Positions 17,981-27,067 of a stretch of DNA of 64,000 nt are shown piece after piece; the stretch's first letter is position 1; the number at the start of each line of letters is the position of its first letter. Origin of the DNA: Planctomycetia bacterium (lineage in GTDB: Bacteria; Planctomycetota; Phycisphaerae; Phycisphaerales; SM1A02); the NCBI GenBank assembly GCA_005799495.1, contig SYGP01000028.1:6913-70912 (forward strand), read 5' to 3'. A program made the translations under genes and the position numbers. The notes under the pieces were generated by a model that saw only the letters and a list, made by a program, of their open reading frames with translations, had not been told where the DNA came from and did no database searches.

Positions 17981-19830
17981 GCGCATCGGTTCGTCGCAGT
18001 GGCCACGGTCTGTCATTCGGTGCGATGGGCGTGCTGTTCCTGTGGGGCGTCGTCTTCGGCGCCACTCCCCCCGCCGCGGCAGACGCACTCGATGATGTGC
18101 TCGCGCTGATCCCGCCCGATGCGGCAAGCTTCATCGTCGTGCCGAACCTCGCTTCGGTGAACGCCGATGCGGAATCCTGCATCGCAGCGATGGACCGCAA
18201 GGAGTCTGTGCTGGTGGGACGGCCGATGGATCAGTTGCGGAGCGCGCTTGGGATCACGGAAGGTCTGGATGAACGCGGATCGCTCGTACTGTGGTCCGCT
18301 GGGACCCGCGGCAACGAGGGGCGAGCGTTCCTGTTGCTCGTGCCCGCAGAGAATCCGCCTGCGTTCATCTCGGCGAATCTCCCGCCGACCGCAGATGGCA
18401 GCGCTCGGATGCGTGGCGAGCCGGTCTTCACGCGGGCTCTGCAGCGGCATGTGCTGGTCGCGCGGTCGAAGGCTGACATCGATGGCTATGACGCGAAAGG
18501 CGGCATCGCTGGGCTGTGGACTTCGCGCGTCGGTGCGCGGGCGGTGGAGTTGTCGCGCCGCGGCGATGCGGTGGCGTGGGCGGGCGCTGAAGCCCTCGGT
18601 GAATCTCGTCGCTCCGCCGAGCAGAAGGCGAAGGATGCTGCGGGACTTGAGGTCTTTGCGCAGTCGGTCACTGCGCCCGCGAAGTTGCAGGCGTTGTTCG
18701 GTGGTGTGGAGAGCGGCGTACTCGTGCTCGATGTCGATGCGCTGGGGCTCTCGATTCGGAGCGTTGCGGTGTACTCGCAGGAGAGCGAGTTGCAGCGACT
18801 CTCGAAGGGATCCGCGCCGGTGGCTGGCAGCGGTGGAACGCTCGCGGGCTTGCCGCGCAATCCGTTCTATCTCGCAGGCGCCATCGATGCGCAGGCGCTC
18901 GGAGGCACCGGCAAACTCGATGAGCTCGCAGCAGCAGTCGGCGCGGATGGCATGCTGCCGGGCTGGCTTGCTGAGGCGAAGGAGGGAGTGAAGAGCGTTC
19001 GCTTCGCGTGCTACCCGTCGAAGTTGGGCGTGCTGGCGGGAGGTCTTCTCAATGACTGCGCCCTGCTGATCGAAACCGAAAAGCCGGAGGCAATCCGCGA
19101 CCTCTTCCGCACGTGGCTGCTCGCGCAGGTCGGCAAGCAGGAAGGCGTTCGGCGCGAACCCGCGTGGGAAGACGGGCGAACGCTCAAGAATGGCATCGTG
19201 GCGGATGCGTTTGAGTTGAAGGAAACGCCGCTCGGTGCAAGCGAGGCGGAAGGGGCAGATCTCAGCGGAGTCGCGATGCGTCAGTTGTCGAAGCAGGCGC
19301 TCTTTGGAACGCGCGGGATGCACGGACTCGTGAAGGTCTTGCCGACTGGAGTGGTCGTCACATTCAGTCAGCGCCCAGATGTCGTCGAGCGTGCCATCAA
19401 GGCGGCACAGGGCGGCGAATCACTCGATGGAGAGGCAACGCTCGTGGCGATGCGTCCATGGCTCGTGCCCGGCGCGCAGATGGAGGCATTCGTTTCCGTC
19501 GGGCAGATCGTCAAGGTGGCGCGTCAACTCGCAGATTCGTTCGGCGGTGGCGACATTCCGTGGCCCGCGATTCCCGCGCGGAGTCCGCCCATCGCATTGT
19601 CGCTTCGGGCAGATGAACGGTCTTCGGAGGCGGCCATCATGATTCCGACGCCGACGCTGGCCGCTGCGTACGACCAAGCTCTTGCATCCCGCATGCGCGG
19701 CGGATCGGAAGAGAACGCCGGCGCGGATGCACGCGAGGAAGGGGAAGCCACGAAACGTCCGAGCGATGCGCCTGACGCGAAGGACAGCAAGAGCACGCAG
19801 GGGAGTGCGAGTGACGGGAACGATTCCTGA
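17977..19830 (+). CDS. Hypothetical secreted protein (617 aa)
   Basis: The ATG overlaps the gpx stop (ATGA at 17977-17980). A signal-peptide-like N-terminus is present (GLSFGAMGVLFLWGVVFGATPPAAADA). Codon bias is consistent across the gene and the C-terminus is acidic low-complexity. I recognise no family. Confidence 0.65.
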   Translation: MSASVRRSGHGLSFGAMGVLFLWGVVFGATPPAAADALDDVLALIPPDAASFIVVPNLASVNADAESCIAAMDRKESVLVGRPMDQLRSALGITEGLDERGSLVLWSAGTRGNEGRAFLLLVPAENPPAFISANLPPTADGSARMRGEPVFTRALQRHVLVARSKADIDGYDAKGGIAGLWTSRVGARAVELSRRGDAVAWAGAEALGESRRSAEQKAKDAAGLEVFAQSVTAPAKLQALFGGVESGVLVLDVDALGLSIRSVAVYSQESELQRLSKGSAPVAGSGGTLAGLPRNPFYLAGAIDAQALGGTGKLDELAAAVGADGMLPGWLAEAKEGVKSVRFACYPSKLGVLAGGLLNDCALLIETEKPEAIRDLFRTWLLAQVGKQEGVRREPAWEDGRTLKNGIVADAFELKETPLGASEAEGADLSGVAMRQLSKQALFGTRGMHGLVKVLPTGVVVTFSQRPDVVERAIKAAQGGESLDGEATLVAMRPWLVPGAQMEAFVSVGQIVKVARQLADSFGGGDIPWPAIPARSPPIALSLRADERSSEAAIMIPTPTLAAAYDQALASRMRGGSEENAGADAREEGEATKRPSDAPDAKDSKSTQGSASDGNDS

Positions 19831-20725
19831 AAGCAACCGTCTGCGCGAGTGGCGCATCGGGAACGGCCGAGTGCTGAAGTGGTCGGTCGGTGGCGACGCG
19901 ACACCGTCGCGGTGCGTCTTGATGGCAATCGTCAATGTGACCCCCGACTCGTTTTCCGACGGCGGTGATCACGCGACGACCGACAGTGCGACCGATCATG
20001 CGCTGCGCTGCGCCGAGCAGGGGGCGCGCATCGTGGATGTGGGCGGGGAGAGCACGCGGCCGGGCGCTGCGCGGGTCACCGACTCGGAGCAGATGGCGCG
20101 CGTGCTGCCTGTCATCGAGCGGCTTTCGGCGAAACTGCCGAACCAAGTGTGCATCTCGGTCGATACCACTCGTGCGGCCGTCGCGCGAGCGGCGGTCGCC
20201 TCGGGTGCTGTGATTGTTAACGATGTGAGTGGTGGCACGGATGATCCTGAGATGCTGAGGACGGTTGCTTCGCTTGGCGTCGGAGTGATCCTGATGCACC
20301 GCATCTGCGAACCCGCGCAGGATTCCTACAGCGATCGCTACCTCCGGGAGCCTTTCTACGCGGATGTGGTGCAGGATGTGCTGACCGTTCTTCGGACACG
20401 ATGTGCGGCTGCGACGCAGGTGGGGATCGATGCCACGGCAGTCGCGGTCGATCCCGGACTTGGTTTTGGCAAGAGCGTTGCCCAGAACATCCAGCTCATG
20501 GATCGGTTGCATGAGTTTGCGGTGCTCTCGGCGCCGATCGTCGTGTCGGCAAGTCGCAAGTCCTTCCTTGGTGCGCTCACGGGCGAACGCGATCCCAAGC
20601 GTCGTGATGAGGCGAGTGTGCAGGCTGCGGTCGCCATGCAGTCGCGCGGCGCTTCCATCTTGCGAGTTCACGATGTGGCATTGCACGCGGCTGCGCTGCA
20701 CGCGGCGGGGTGCTGCTACCATTGA
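19811..20725 (+). CDS. folP: Dihydropteroate synthase
   Basis: Motifs MAIVNVTPDSFSDGG, IVDVGGESTRPGA and DPGLGFGK are present. GTG at 19811 is preceded by AGGGGAG. An alternative ATG is at 19922. Confidence 0.85.
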   Translation: MTGTIPESNRLREWRIGNGRVLKWSVGGDATPSRCVLMAIVNVTPDSFSDGGDHATTDSATDHALRCAEQGARIVDVGGESTRPGAARVTDSEQMARVLPVIERLSAKLPNQVCISVDTTRAAVARAAVASGAVIVNDVSGGTDDPEMLRTVASLGVGVILMHRICEPAQDSYSDRYLREPFYADVVQDVLTVLRTRCAAATQVGIDATAVAVDPGLGFGKSVAQNIQLMDRLHEFAVLSAPIVVSASRKSFLGALTGERDPKRRDEASVQAAVAMQSRGASILRVHDVALHAAALHAAGCCYH

Positions 20726-20774
20726 CCATTCGCAACAGCGCTCACTGAAGAGCGCATTTCAGGAGAAGACCATC

Positions 20775-21104
20775 ATGGCTGGCGCCAACACCCTCGAGTT
20801 CACCGACGCAAACTTCCAGAGCGATGTCCTGGAGTCCAAGGTTCCCGTGCTCATCGAGTTCTGGGCGGAGTGGTGCGGTCCGTGCCGTGCGCTCGGACCG
20901 ACCATCGATGAACTGGCCAACGACTACCAAGGGAAGGCAAAGATCGGGAAGTTGAACGTGGATAACGCGCGCGATACGGCGATGAAGTTCCAGATCCAAT
21001 CCATTCCAACGATCGTCATCATGAAGAACGGGCAGGTCCATAAGAAGTTGATCGGGCTTGTCTCGAAGAGCGTGCTCTCGGGTGCGATCGACTCAGCGAT
21101 CTGA
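20775..21104 (+). CDS. trxA: Thioredoxin
   Basis: The active site is WAEWCGPCR. The protein is 109 aa. AGGAGA lies upstream of ATG 20775. Confidence 0.95.
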   Translation: MAGANTLEFTDANFQSDVLESKVPVLIEFWAEWCGPCRALGPTIDELANDYQGKAKIGKLNVDNARDTAMKFQIQSIPTIVIMKNGQVHKKLIGLVSKSVLSGAIDSAI

Positions 21105-21179
21105 TCGGTTGCTTCTGTTAGACTCTCCAACGAACACGGTTGCCGCCGTCGCGGTTCCCGTGGGCTGAAAAGTTCTGCA

Positions 21180-21252
21180 GGGCCTGTAGCTCAATTGGGA
21201 GAGCGCTTCCATGGCATGGAAGAGGTCGTCGGTTCGAGCCCGATCAGGTCCA
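21180..21252 (+). tRNA. tRNA-Ala (anticodon GGC)
   Basis: I folded the cloverleaf by hand. The acceptor stem is GGGCCTG/CAGGTCC with the G3:U70 Ala identity pair. The D-stem is GCTC/GAGC, the anticodon stem is CTTCC/GGAAG with loop ATGGCAT, and the T-arm is GTCGG-TTCGAGC-CCGAT. CCA is not encoded. Confidence 0.9.
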
Positions 21253-21321
21253 TTTCGGCATCAATCCCGCGCCGATCGCGTGAGGCGTTTTGGGCCACAG
21301 ACGCCGCGAGCGTCCTGCCCG

Positions 21322-22848
21322 TCACCAGTTTCCATACCAGGGTCGGTTGGGGCACTCCACTTCGAACACGCTTCCTGCAAAGAGGGTGCAGTCAAGATCG
21401 CCGCGGACACCAAGCCGCAACTTCGGATTGCGTCGCAGCATCCACTGCGCGCTGAGTTCCCAATCGATCGCCTGCATGATCGAGCAGATGTACTGTCCAT
21501 AGGTTGATCCGGGGCGGCAGGCGGGGCCGAAGCAGATTTCAAGCTGTTCAGTCCTTGTCCGCGAGTTCGGCATGGCGGACGACTCCGCGACCCACGCGTC
21601 GGCCGCTTGGATGATCGCCGCATTGGCTCGGGAAGCGCTCACCCATGTCTCGCGGAAGTGTGCGGCTCGTCCGCAGAGTCCGAAGGCTCCGATGGCAACC
21701 ACGATCACGAGCGCCGCCCTTGCTGCAGCGCCGATGCTCCTCGCGCATTGGGCCGCATCGCATGCGCGAAGAATGAGCACCACGGAAAGCGCAGTGAGCA
21801 AGGCAAAGGCGACATTGAATCCGAAGCAGTACAGCTCGCTCACGGACTGCATGAGACAGGTGATCGCAGCGCTCCCGAATGTCGCCCCAAGCAGCAGCAA
21901 TCCCAGCCGACATGCGCGCCGATGTTCTTCGCTGCCGCGCAGGAACCCGAACTCCACCGCGGTCACGACGATCAAGCCCACAAGAATGCACGCCACGCCT
22001 GGCAGCGCGCGGAGGACGAGCGGGGCATCGCCGTTGGCGACGAGATGGAACGGGCCGGTGGTTGCTGCGCCGACGGTCGCCATGAGTGCGTTCATGGGCA
22101 GATTGATGCCGATTTCCAGCTTGTACGGATTGTCGAGCGCATCACCCTGCTCGTGCCCGAGCGCGCCCACCCCAATCCGGACGAGCAGCAGTGCCAACGG
22201 AACCGCAATCACGCCAAGAAGAATGGGCAGCATGCGAAGCGGAGCTGTCCGACCTTGTCGCAGCAGCACTGCCGAACCCCAAAGCGCACAAAGTCCGAGG
22301 CCGAAGCTCCAGCCGTATGCGGTCTCCTTGATGAGCCCCGACACGATGAAGCATCCTGCCAGGAGCAGACCGCTCACCCACGGCCAGCGACCAGACTGCG
22401 CTTGGGTGAAGCCGCGCCAAGCGATCACGCAACTCCACAAGCCGAGTGCGACACTCCATGTCTGCGAGCATGTATCCATTTGCCACAAGGCCGCGGTCGT
22501 CGCGGGCGAGAGCGCCAGCAGGATCAATGCAATCGGCGCAAGCCTGCGTTCCGACGGAAGGATGATGGCGGCAAGCACGCACACGGCCCAGCAGATCCAC
22601 GCGAAGCCAATCGCCTGGATCGGAAGGACCCAGGGGCAGCGCAGCGTTTCCGCATCACAGGTTCGTCCTACCCACACCTCCAGCGGGCGGAAGGACTGCG
22701 AGGTCCAGACCTGTCGCAGGTGATCCCCCAGAGGAAGATCGCAGGCGGGTGAACGAACAAACTTCAGGTCGTCATTCACGACCACCATGCCACCGAGAAG
22801 CGGCCAGAGGCACACCCCAAGCAGCACTGCCAAGACAGCGATACGCAT
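21322..22848 (-). CDS. Polytopic membrane protein, GT-C-like (ArnT/PMT-type) glycosyltransferase candidate
   Basis: The protein is 508 aa with about 11-13 hydrophobic segments. VVVNDDLKF follows TM1, where GT-C enzymes carry an acidic motif. The C-terminal domain is soluble. The functional call is an inference only. Confidence 0.6.
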   Translation of the reverse strand: MRIAVLAVLLGVCLWPLLGGMVVVNDDLKFVRSPACDLPLGDHLRQVWTSQSFRPLEVWVGRTCDAETLRCPWVLPIQAIGFAWICWAVCVLAAIILPSERRLAPIALILLALSPATTAALWQMDTCSQTWSVALGLWSCVIAWRGFTQAQSGRWPWVSGLLLAGCFIVSGLIKETAYGWSFGLGLCALWGSAVLLRQGRTAPLRMLPILLGVIAVPLALLLVRIGVGALGHEQGDALDNPYKLEIGINLPMNALMATVGAATTGPFHLVANGDAPLVLRALPGVACILVGLIVVTAVEFGFLRGSEEHRRACRLGLLLLGATFGSAAITCLMQSVSELYCFGFNVAFALLTALSVVLILRACDAAQCARSIGAAARAALVIVVAIGAFGLCGRAAHFRETWVSASRANAAIIQAADAWVAESSAMPNSRTRTEQLEICFGPACRPGSTYGQYICSIMQAIDWELSAQWMLRRNPKLRLGVRGDLDCTLFAGSVFEVECPNRPWYGNW

Positions 22849-22860
22849 CGATCTCGCGCG

Positions 22861-24666
22861 TCAACCCCACGCGCTCAGCAGCGCCGAGAGATCGGCGCCG
22901 TCGACCGAGCCGCTGCCATCGATGTCGCCGCTGCCCGAGTTGTTCCAGTTGCTCAGCAGTGTGGCGAGATCTTCTCCGTCCACGGCGCCATCGTTGTTGA
23001 TGTCTGCCGGGTTCGAGGGTGCCGATGGTCCTTGCACGGTGAAGGTCACGCTGCCCGGCGTGCCAGTGCGGAACAGCCCGAGTGTTGCTGTCACGGGGGC
23101 TGGCGGTTGCGTGGAGTCGAACCAGAAGGTGTACGCCGTCGCGAATCGAAGGGCATTGGCGTTGACATTCTGGGCGACGGTTTGGGTGGACCAGGTCACG
23201 GCACCGCTCGCGGTCGACGACGTCCAGTCCGCGCTCGAGAAGGGATCTCCCGAGTGGTAGTGAACATCGCGGAATCCGATGCCTGTGGCTTGAGCGCTGC
23301 TCGGCAGCGGCACGCTGAACGACTGCCCGCTGCGGTGGCTGTTCATGTTGAAGATCGCATAGTCGTAATGCCAGGTTCCATTGCCGTTGTCGCGCACGGA
23401 ACTTCCGATCACGAACCGACCATCGCTCGGCACATCGACATGCGTCACTTGCACGGCAGGCACGAATGTCTTCCATGCATCGATCGGGTTCTTCTGCTGG
23501 AAGGTGTTGCCCGTCGGTGTGAGTGTGTAGGCGCCGCTTGAAAGCGCGCCAACGGTCAGCTGTCGCCAAGAGCCGTTGTTGTTGTCCGTACCTGCGGCGG
23601 CATCGCCTGGGTGGACGTACTGCGCCTCCACGAAATAGACCGCGCCACCATTCTGGGCTGGGTCGAGATCCGTGGACACGACATTGATGCGACGCCCGAT
23701 CGTTGCTAGCGCCGATGGCATGCCAGCGTTGTAGGGGCATGGATGAAAACCAGTCGCGGCGTTCACTTCGTGCCGCGCGCCCAGCCCGTTCTGGCTGCCA
23801 TTGAGGCTCGCCGAGTAGGGATCAGAACAGCCCACGCCGAGGAAGCTGCCGCTGCTTGACGCTTGGCAGGTTCCGCAAAGGGTGCCTTGGAGCGCAGTGA
23901 ATCCGTGCTTTCCCCAACCCATCCCGATGTGCTCGAGTCGGTTCGCCTTGACACGGAAGATGTTCTGCGTGATGAACGGATGCTGATTGCTCGATCCGCA
24001 CGAGGACCAGGTGAGCTGCGCGCCGCCGATGTTGCAGCTGGTGGTGCCGACTGCGTACGCCATGGTGGTGACGCCACCCGCGGTCACGCCACCGTACTTG
24101 GAGATGTCGGGAAGCGCACCCACGATGACATCACTGACGGCCGAACCAGTGGAGCCGCTTGCTGCGAGGGTGACCGAGCCAATGCCGGCATCGTTGGTGT
24201 TGTATCCACCGACTGCGATCCGATAGGTCGTTCCTGCAGTCAGGCTTCGCGCAACCGATGACTGTTGACCGCATCCATCGTCGTTGCACGCGACAGGAAC
24301 GAGATTGCTTCCGCACGCCGTGAACACCGCAAGGCGTGTGTCCCAGTTGCTCGCGCCACAGGTCGAGATGGTGTAGACGCCAGTGGTGGCTGGAGTGAAG
24401 GAGAAGTAGTTGACCTTGTAGATCGTGTGGGCACCACAACCAACGGCGCTCGCCACGGTCAGGCTCGCCGTTGCCGAGGATGTATCGAAGGAGTTGCTGC
24501 CGATGACGAGTGCAGGTGCAGTGGCGCAGGTGGTGCCGCCGCCAGCCGTTCCGCCTTCGTCACCGCGGCGCGCAACGGCGGGAAGTTCAAGTGATGCGAA
24601 GTATGTCCCTGCGCACGCAGCCGAAAGCACCAGTGCGAGTGTGGTTCGAGACGTGTGGTGGGGCAT
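22861..24666 (-). CDS. Secreted protein with PPC-like N-terminal domain and C-terminal twin dockerin/EF-hand-like repeats
   Basis: The start MPHHTSRTTLALVLSAACAG at 24666 is signal-like. The segment TCATAPALVIG...YRIAVGGYN resembles a pre-peptidase C-terminal-type domain. The tail is DINNDGAVDGEDLATLLSNW..DIDGSGSVDGADLSALLSAWG-stop. Confidence 0.75.
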   Translation of the reverse strand: MPHHTSRTTLALVLSAACAGTYFASLELPAVARRGDEGGTAGGGTTCATAPALVIGSNSFDTSSATASLTVASAVGCGAHTIYKVNYFSFTPATTGVYTISTCGASNWDTRLAVFTACGSNLVPVACNDDGCGQQSSVARSLTAGTTYRIAVGGYNTNDAGIGSVTLAASGSTGSAVSDVIVGALPDISKYGGVTAGGVTTMAYAVGTTSCNIGGAQLTWSSCGSSNQHPFITQNIFRVKANRLEHIGMGWGKHGFTALQGTLCGTCQASSSGSFLGVGCSDPYSASLNGSQNGLGARHEVNAATGFHPCPYNAGMPSALATIGRRINVVSTDLDPAQNGGAVYFVEAQYVHPGDAAAGTDNNNGSWRQLTVGALSSGAYTLTPTGNTFQQKNPIDAWKTFVPAVQVTHVDVPSDGRFVIGSSVRDNGNGTWHYDYAIFNMNSHRSGQSFSVPLPSSAQATGIGFRDVHYHSGDPFSSADWTSSTASGAVTWSTQTVAQNVNANALRFATAYTFWFDSTQPPAPVTATLGLFRTGTPGSVTFTVQGPSAPSNPADINNDGAVDGEDLATLLSNWNNSGSGDIDGSGSVDGADLSALLSAWG

Positions 24667-24888
24667 CGGTCGTTTCTCCAGGGTGATGTCTTGCAAATCC
24701 GTGGATATTGGGGCGAAGCAGGCCTTGGATCCTCCTCCGCATGATGCCACAAATCTCAGGCTTCCGCAGCCGGACGGACCGATTCTGCGACAGATAGGTC
24801 TCCAGCCGACGCGCTCATTCTTTTGCGTCCGCACCGCGGGGGGGCATTCGTACGCAATCCTGTCGAGCGGATTAGACTCGAAAGCGCC

Positions 24889-25944
24889 GTGGCCCTGCGA
24901 TCACCGATCAATGTGCTCAAGACTCCGGTGGCGGGCGGTGCCTGCGCTGTGTCCCTGACGGCCCTTCTGGCCCTCGCGCAACCGCAGCAAATGGTGGTGA
25001 ACCCTTCTTGGGGGTTGGTGATCGAGGCAGCGCCCGACGCGGCAGTGGTGACGGAGGCGTCCGTTCGAGAATCCATTTCGAAGTCGGGGTTGCCTTGGAA
25101 GGTCCGCCACCTTTCGACGGGGATCGAACTGGTGCTTGTGCCAGCGGGGCGATTTCGAATGGGGGCATCGAGCGGAGATCAGGACGCTTCGAAAGCAGAG
25201 TCGCCCGCTCACGAGGTGGTCATCTCGAAGCCGTTCTACATCGGGCGCACGGAAGTGACGCAGCGACAGTGGCAGTCGGTGATGGGCAGCAATCCCAGCC
25301 GCTTTCAGGCGGCATACTTCCGCGAGGAGGCTGAGCAGCAGCGCAGTGCAGCGGTCGGGCGGATCACGGAGAGTGGTGTGACGAAACAAGAAGCGGAGGC
25401 GAAACTCGGTCCACGACCGATTTGGGTCGATGACACGAATGACTTCCCTCTCGACTCGGCACCGTTCGCAGAGGTGGAAGCGTTCTGCACGAAGGCTGGA
25501 TTGAAACTGCCGACGGAGGCTCAGTGGGAGTATGCGTGTCGGGCGGGCAGCACAGCACCGACATTCGGTCCTCTGGAGTCCGTTGCGTGGTGCGGCGAAA
25601 ACAGCGGTGATCGCACGCACGCGGTGGCAACTGCAGCGCCAAACGCATTTGGACTGCACGACACACTCGGCAATGTCTGGGAGTGGACGGCAGATTTGTA
25701 CATCCCCAACGCATATGTCCAGCGCAGCGCCAGCAGCGCAGATCCCGCGGTCACCGGCGCAGGTCCGCGCGCGGTGCGCGGTGGCAACTGGCTGAGTCTG
25801 CCGAAGACCTGCCGAGCGTCCTGCCGAATTCCAGCTGCCGAAGTGCGCACCCCACGCATCGCATCGGAGGACAGAATGATGGGCGCAACCGAAGGTCGCC
25901 CCCAGTATCCCGCGTACGGGTTCCGAGTGGTGCTGGAACCGTGA
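24889..25944 (+). CDS. FGE/SUMF1-fold (formylglycine-generating-enzyme family) protein, paralog 1, secreted
   Basis: Motifs LVLVPAGRFRMG, SPAHEVVISKPFYIGRTEVTQRQW, LPTEAQWEYACRAG, FGLHDTLGNVWEW and RGGNW are present. The start is uncertain (GTG 24889 or GTG 24913). The signal-like segment is AVSLTALLALA. Confidence 0.8.
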   Translation: MALRSPINVLKTPVAGGACAVSLTALLALAQPQQMVVNPSWGLVIEAAPDAAVVTEASVRESISKSGLPWKVRHLSTGIELVLVPAGRFRMGASSGDQDASKAESPAHEVVISKPFYIGRTEVTQRQWQSVMGSNPSRFQAAYFREEAEQQRSAAVGRITESGVTKQEAEAKLGPRPIWVDDTNDFPLDSAPFAEVEAFCTKAGLKLPTEAQWEYACRAGSTAPTFGPLESVAWCGENSGDRTHAVATAAPNAFGLHDTLGNVWEWTADLYIPNAYVQRSASSADPAVTGAGPRAVRGGNWLSLPKTCRASCRIPAAEVRTPRIASEDRMMGATEGRPQYPAYGFRVVLEP

Positions 25945-25972
25945 GTCCGACGACCATCACCCGAGATCCACC

Positions 25973-26998
25973 ATGTTCGCATCGAATGCATCGCAATACT
26001 TGACCGTCGGCGTGTTCGTCTCCCTGATCCTCGCCGCCTGTGCAACGACTGGTGGTGGGAGCGGCACTTCAGAATCGTCGACGCGTGCGGCGTCGATGTC
26101 ATGGGCCGAGGTCGTGGAACGCGCGCCGAACGCGGCCGTCATCGCCGATCCGCAGTGGCGGCAGCGCATCAGCGCAACGGGACTGCCGTGGCGCGTTCGA
26201 GATCGGGTGAGTGGGGTGGAGATGCTGCTCGTTCCTCCGGGGGAGTTTGTGATGGGCATGAGCCCAAGCGACATCGATGCGATGGAAGATGAACGCCCCG
26301 CGCATGTCGTTCGGATCACCAAGCCTTACTACCTCGGGCGCACGGAACTGACACAGGGTCAGTGGACCGCGATCATGGGATACAACCAAAGCTTCTTCCA
26401 GGATGTGAACTATCGAATCGTCTCCGAGCAGGAGGGACCGCGTCGTGTGGCGACCCTCATGCTCGGAGGAATGACCCGGGAAGAAGCGCAGCGGCAAGCA
26501 GGCGCAGGAACGCTCGAGGAAACGGGCGCATCGCAGTGGCCGCTGGAAACGATCACGCCGGATGACCTGCGGCCCTACCTCCTCAAGACCGGGCTCCGTC
26601 TGCCCACCGAGGCGGAGTGGGAGTATGCGTGCCGCGCGGGCACGCGCACACCGCGCTACGGGGAGATCGATGCGATCGCGTGGTACGCGGGAAATGCCAA
26701 TGGTCGGACCTATCCAGTCGCACAGAAGGCCGCGAACGCGCTTGGCTTTCATGACATGATCGGCAATGTGTGGGAGTGGTGTTCCGACTGGTATTCGGAT
26801 GCGTACTACGGCGACTGTGAGAACGGCGCGACCGATCCGCAGGGTCCGGGCGAAGGCAAGCCTGCGGATTTCCGCGTGGCTCGCGGCGGGTCTTGGGATC
26901 ATGTGGAAAAGAACTGCCGCGCGTCCTACCGCCAGAATCACTTCATGCCTGACCCGCGGGTGACGGACTTCGGCGTGCGTGTGGCGCGCGATCCGTGA
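25973..26998 (+). CDS. FGE/SUMF1-fold protein, paralog 2, lipoprotein
   Basis: A lipobox is present (VSLILAAC). Motifs LLVPPGEFVMG, ERPAHVVRITKPYYLGRTELTQGQW, LPTEAEWEYACRAG, GFHDMIGNVWEW and RGGSW are present. Confidence 0.85.
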   Translation: MFASNASQYLTVGVFVSLILAACATTGGGSGTSESSTRAASMSWAEVVERAPNAAVIADPQWRQRISATGLPWRVRDRVSGVEMLLVPPGEFVMGMSPSDIDAMEDERPAHVVRITKPYYLGRTELTQGQWTAIMGYNQSFFQDVNYRIVSEQEGPRRVATLMLGGMTREEAQRQAGAGTLEETGASQWPLETITPDDLRPYLLKTGLRLPTEAEWEYACRAGTRTPRYGEIDAIAWYAGNANGRTYPVAQKAANALGFHDMIGNVWEWCSDWYSDAYYGDCENGATDPQGPGEGKPADFRVARGGSWDHVEKNCRASYRQNHFMPDPRVTDFGVRVARDP

Positions 26999-27067
26999 GG
27001 GATACTGCCTTGGAGTCGTTGTCTTTGTCTGCATCTGCACTCGTCATGGCATCTGGAGGATTTCGGA

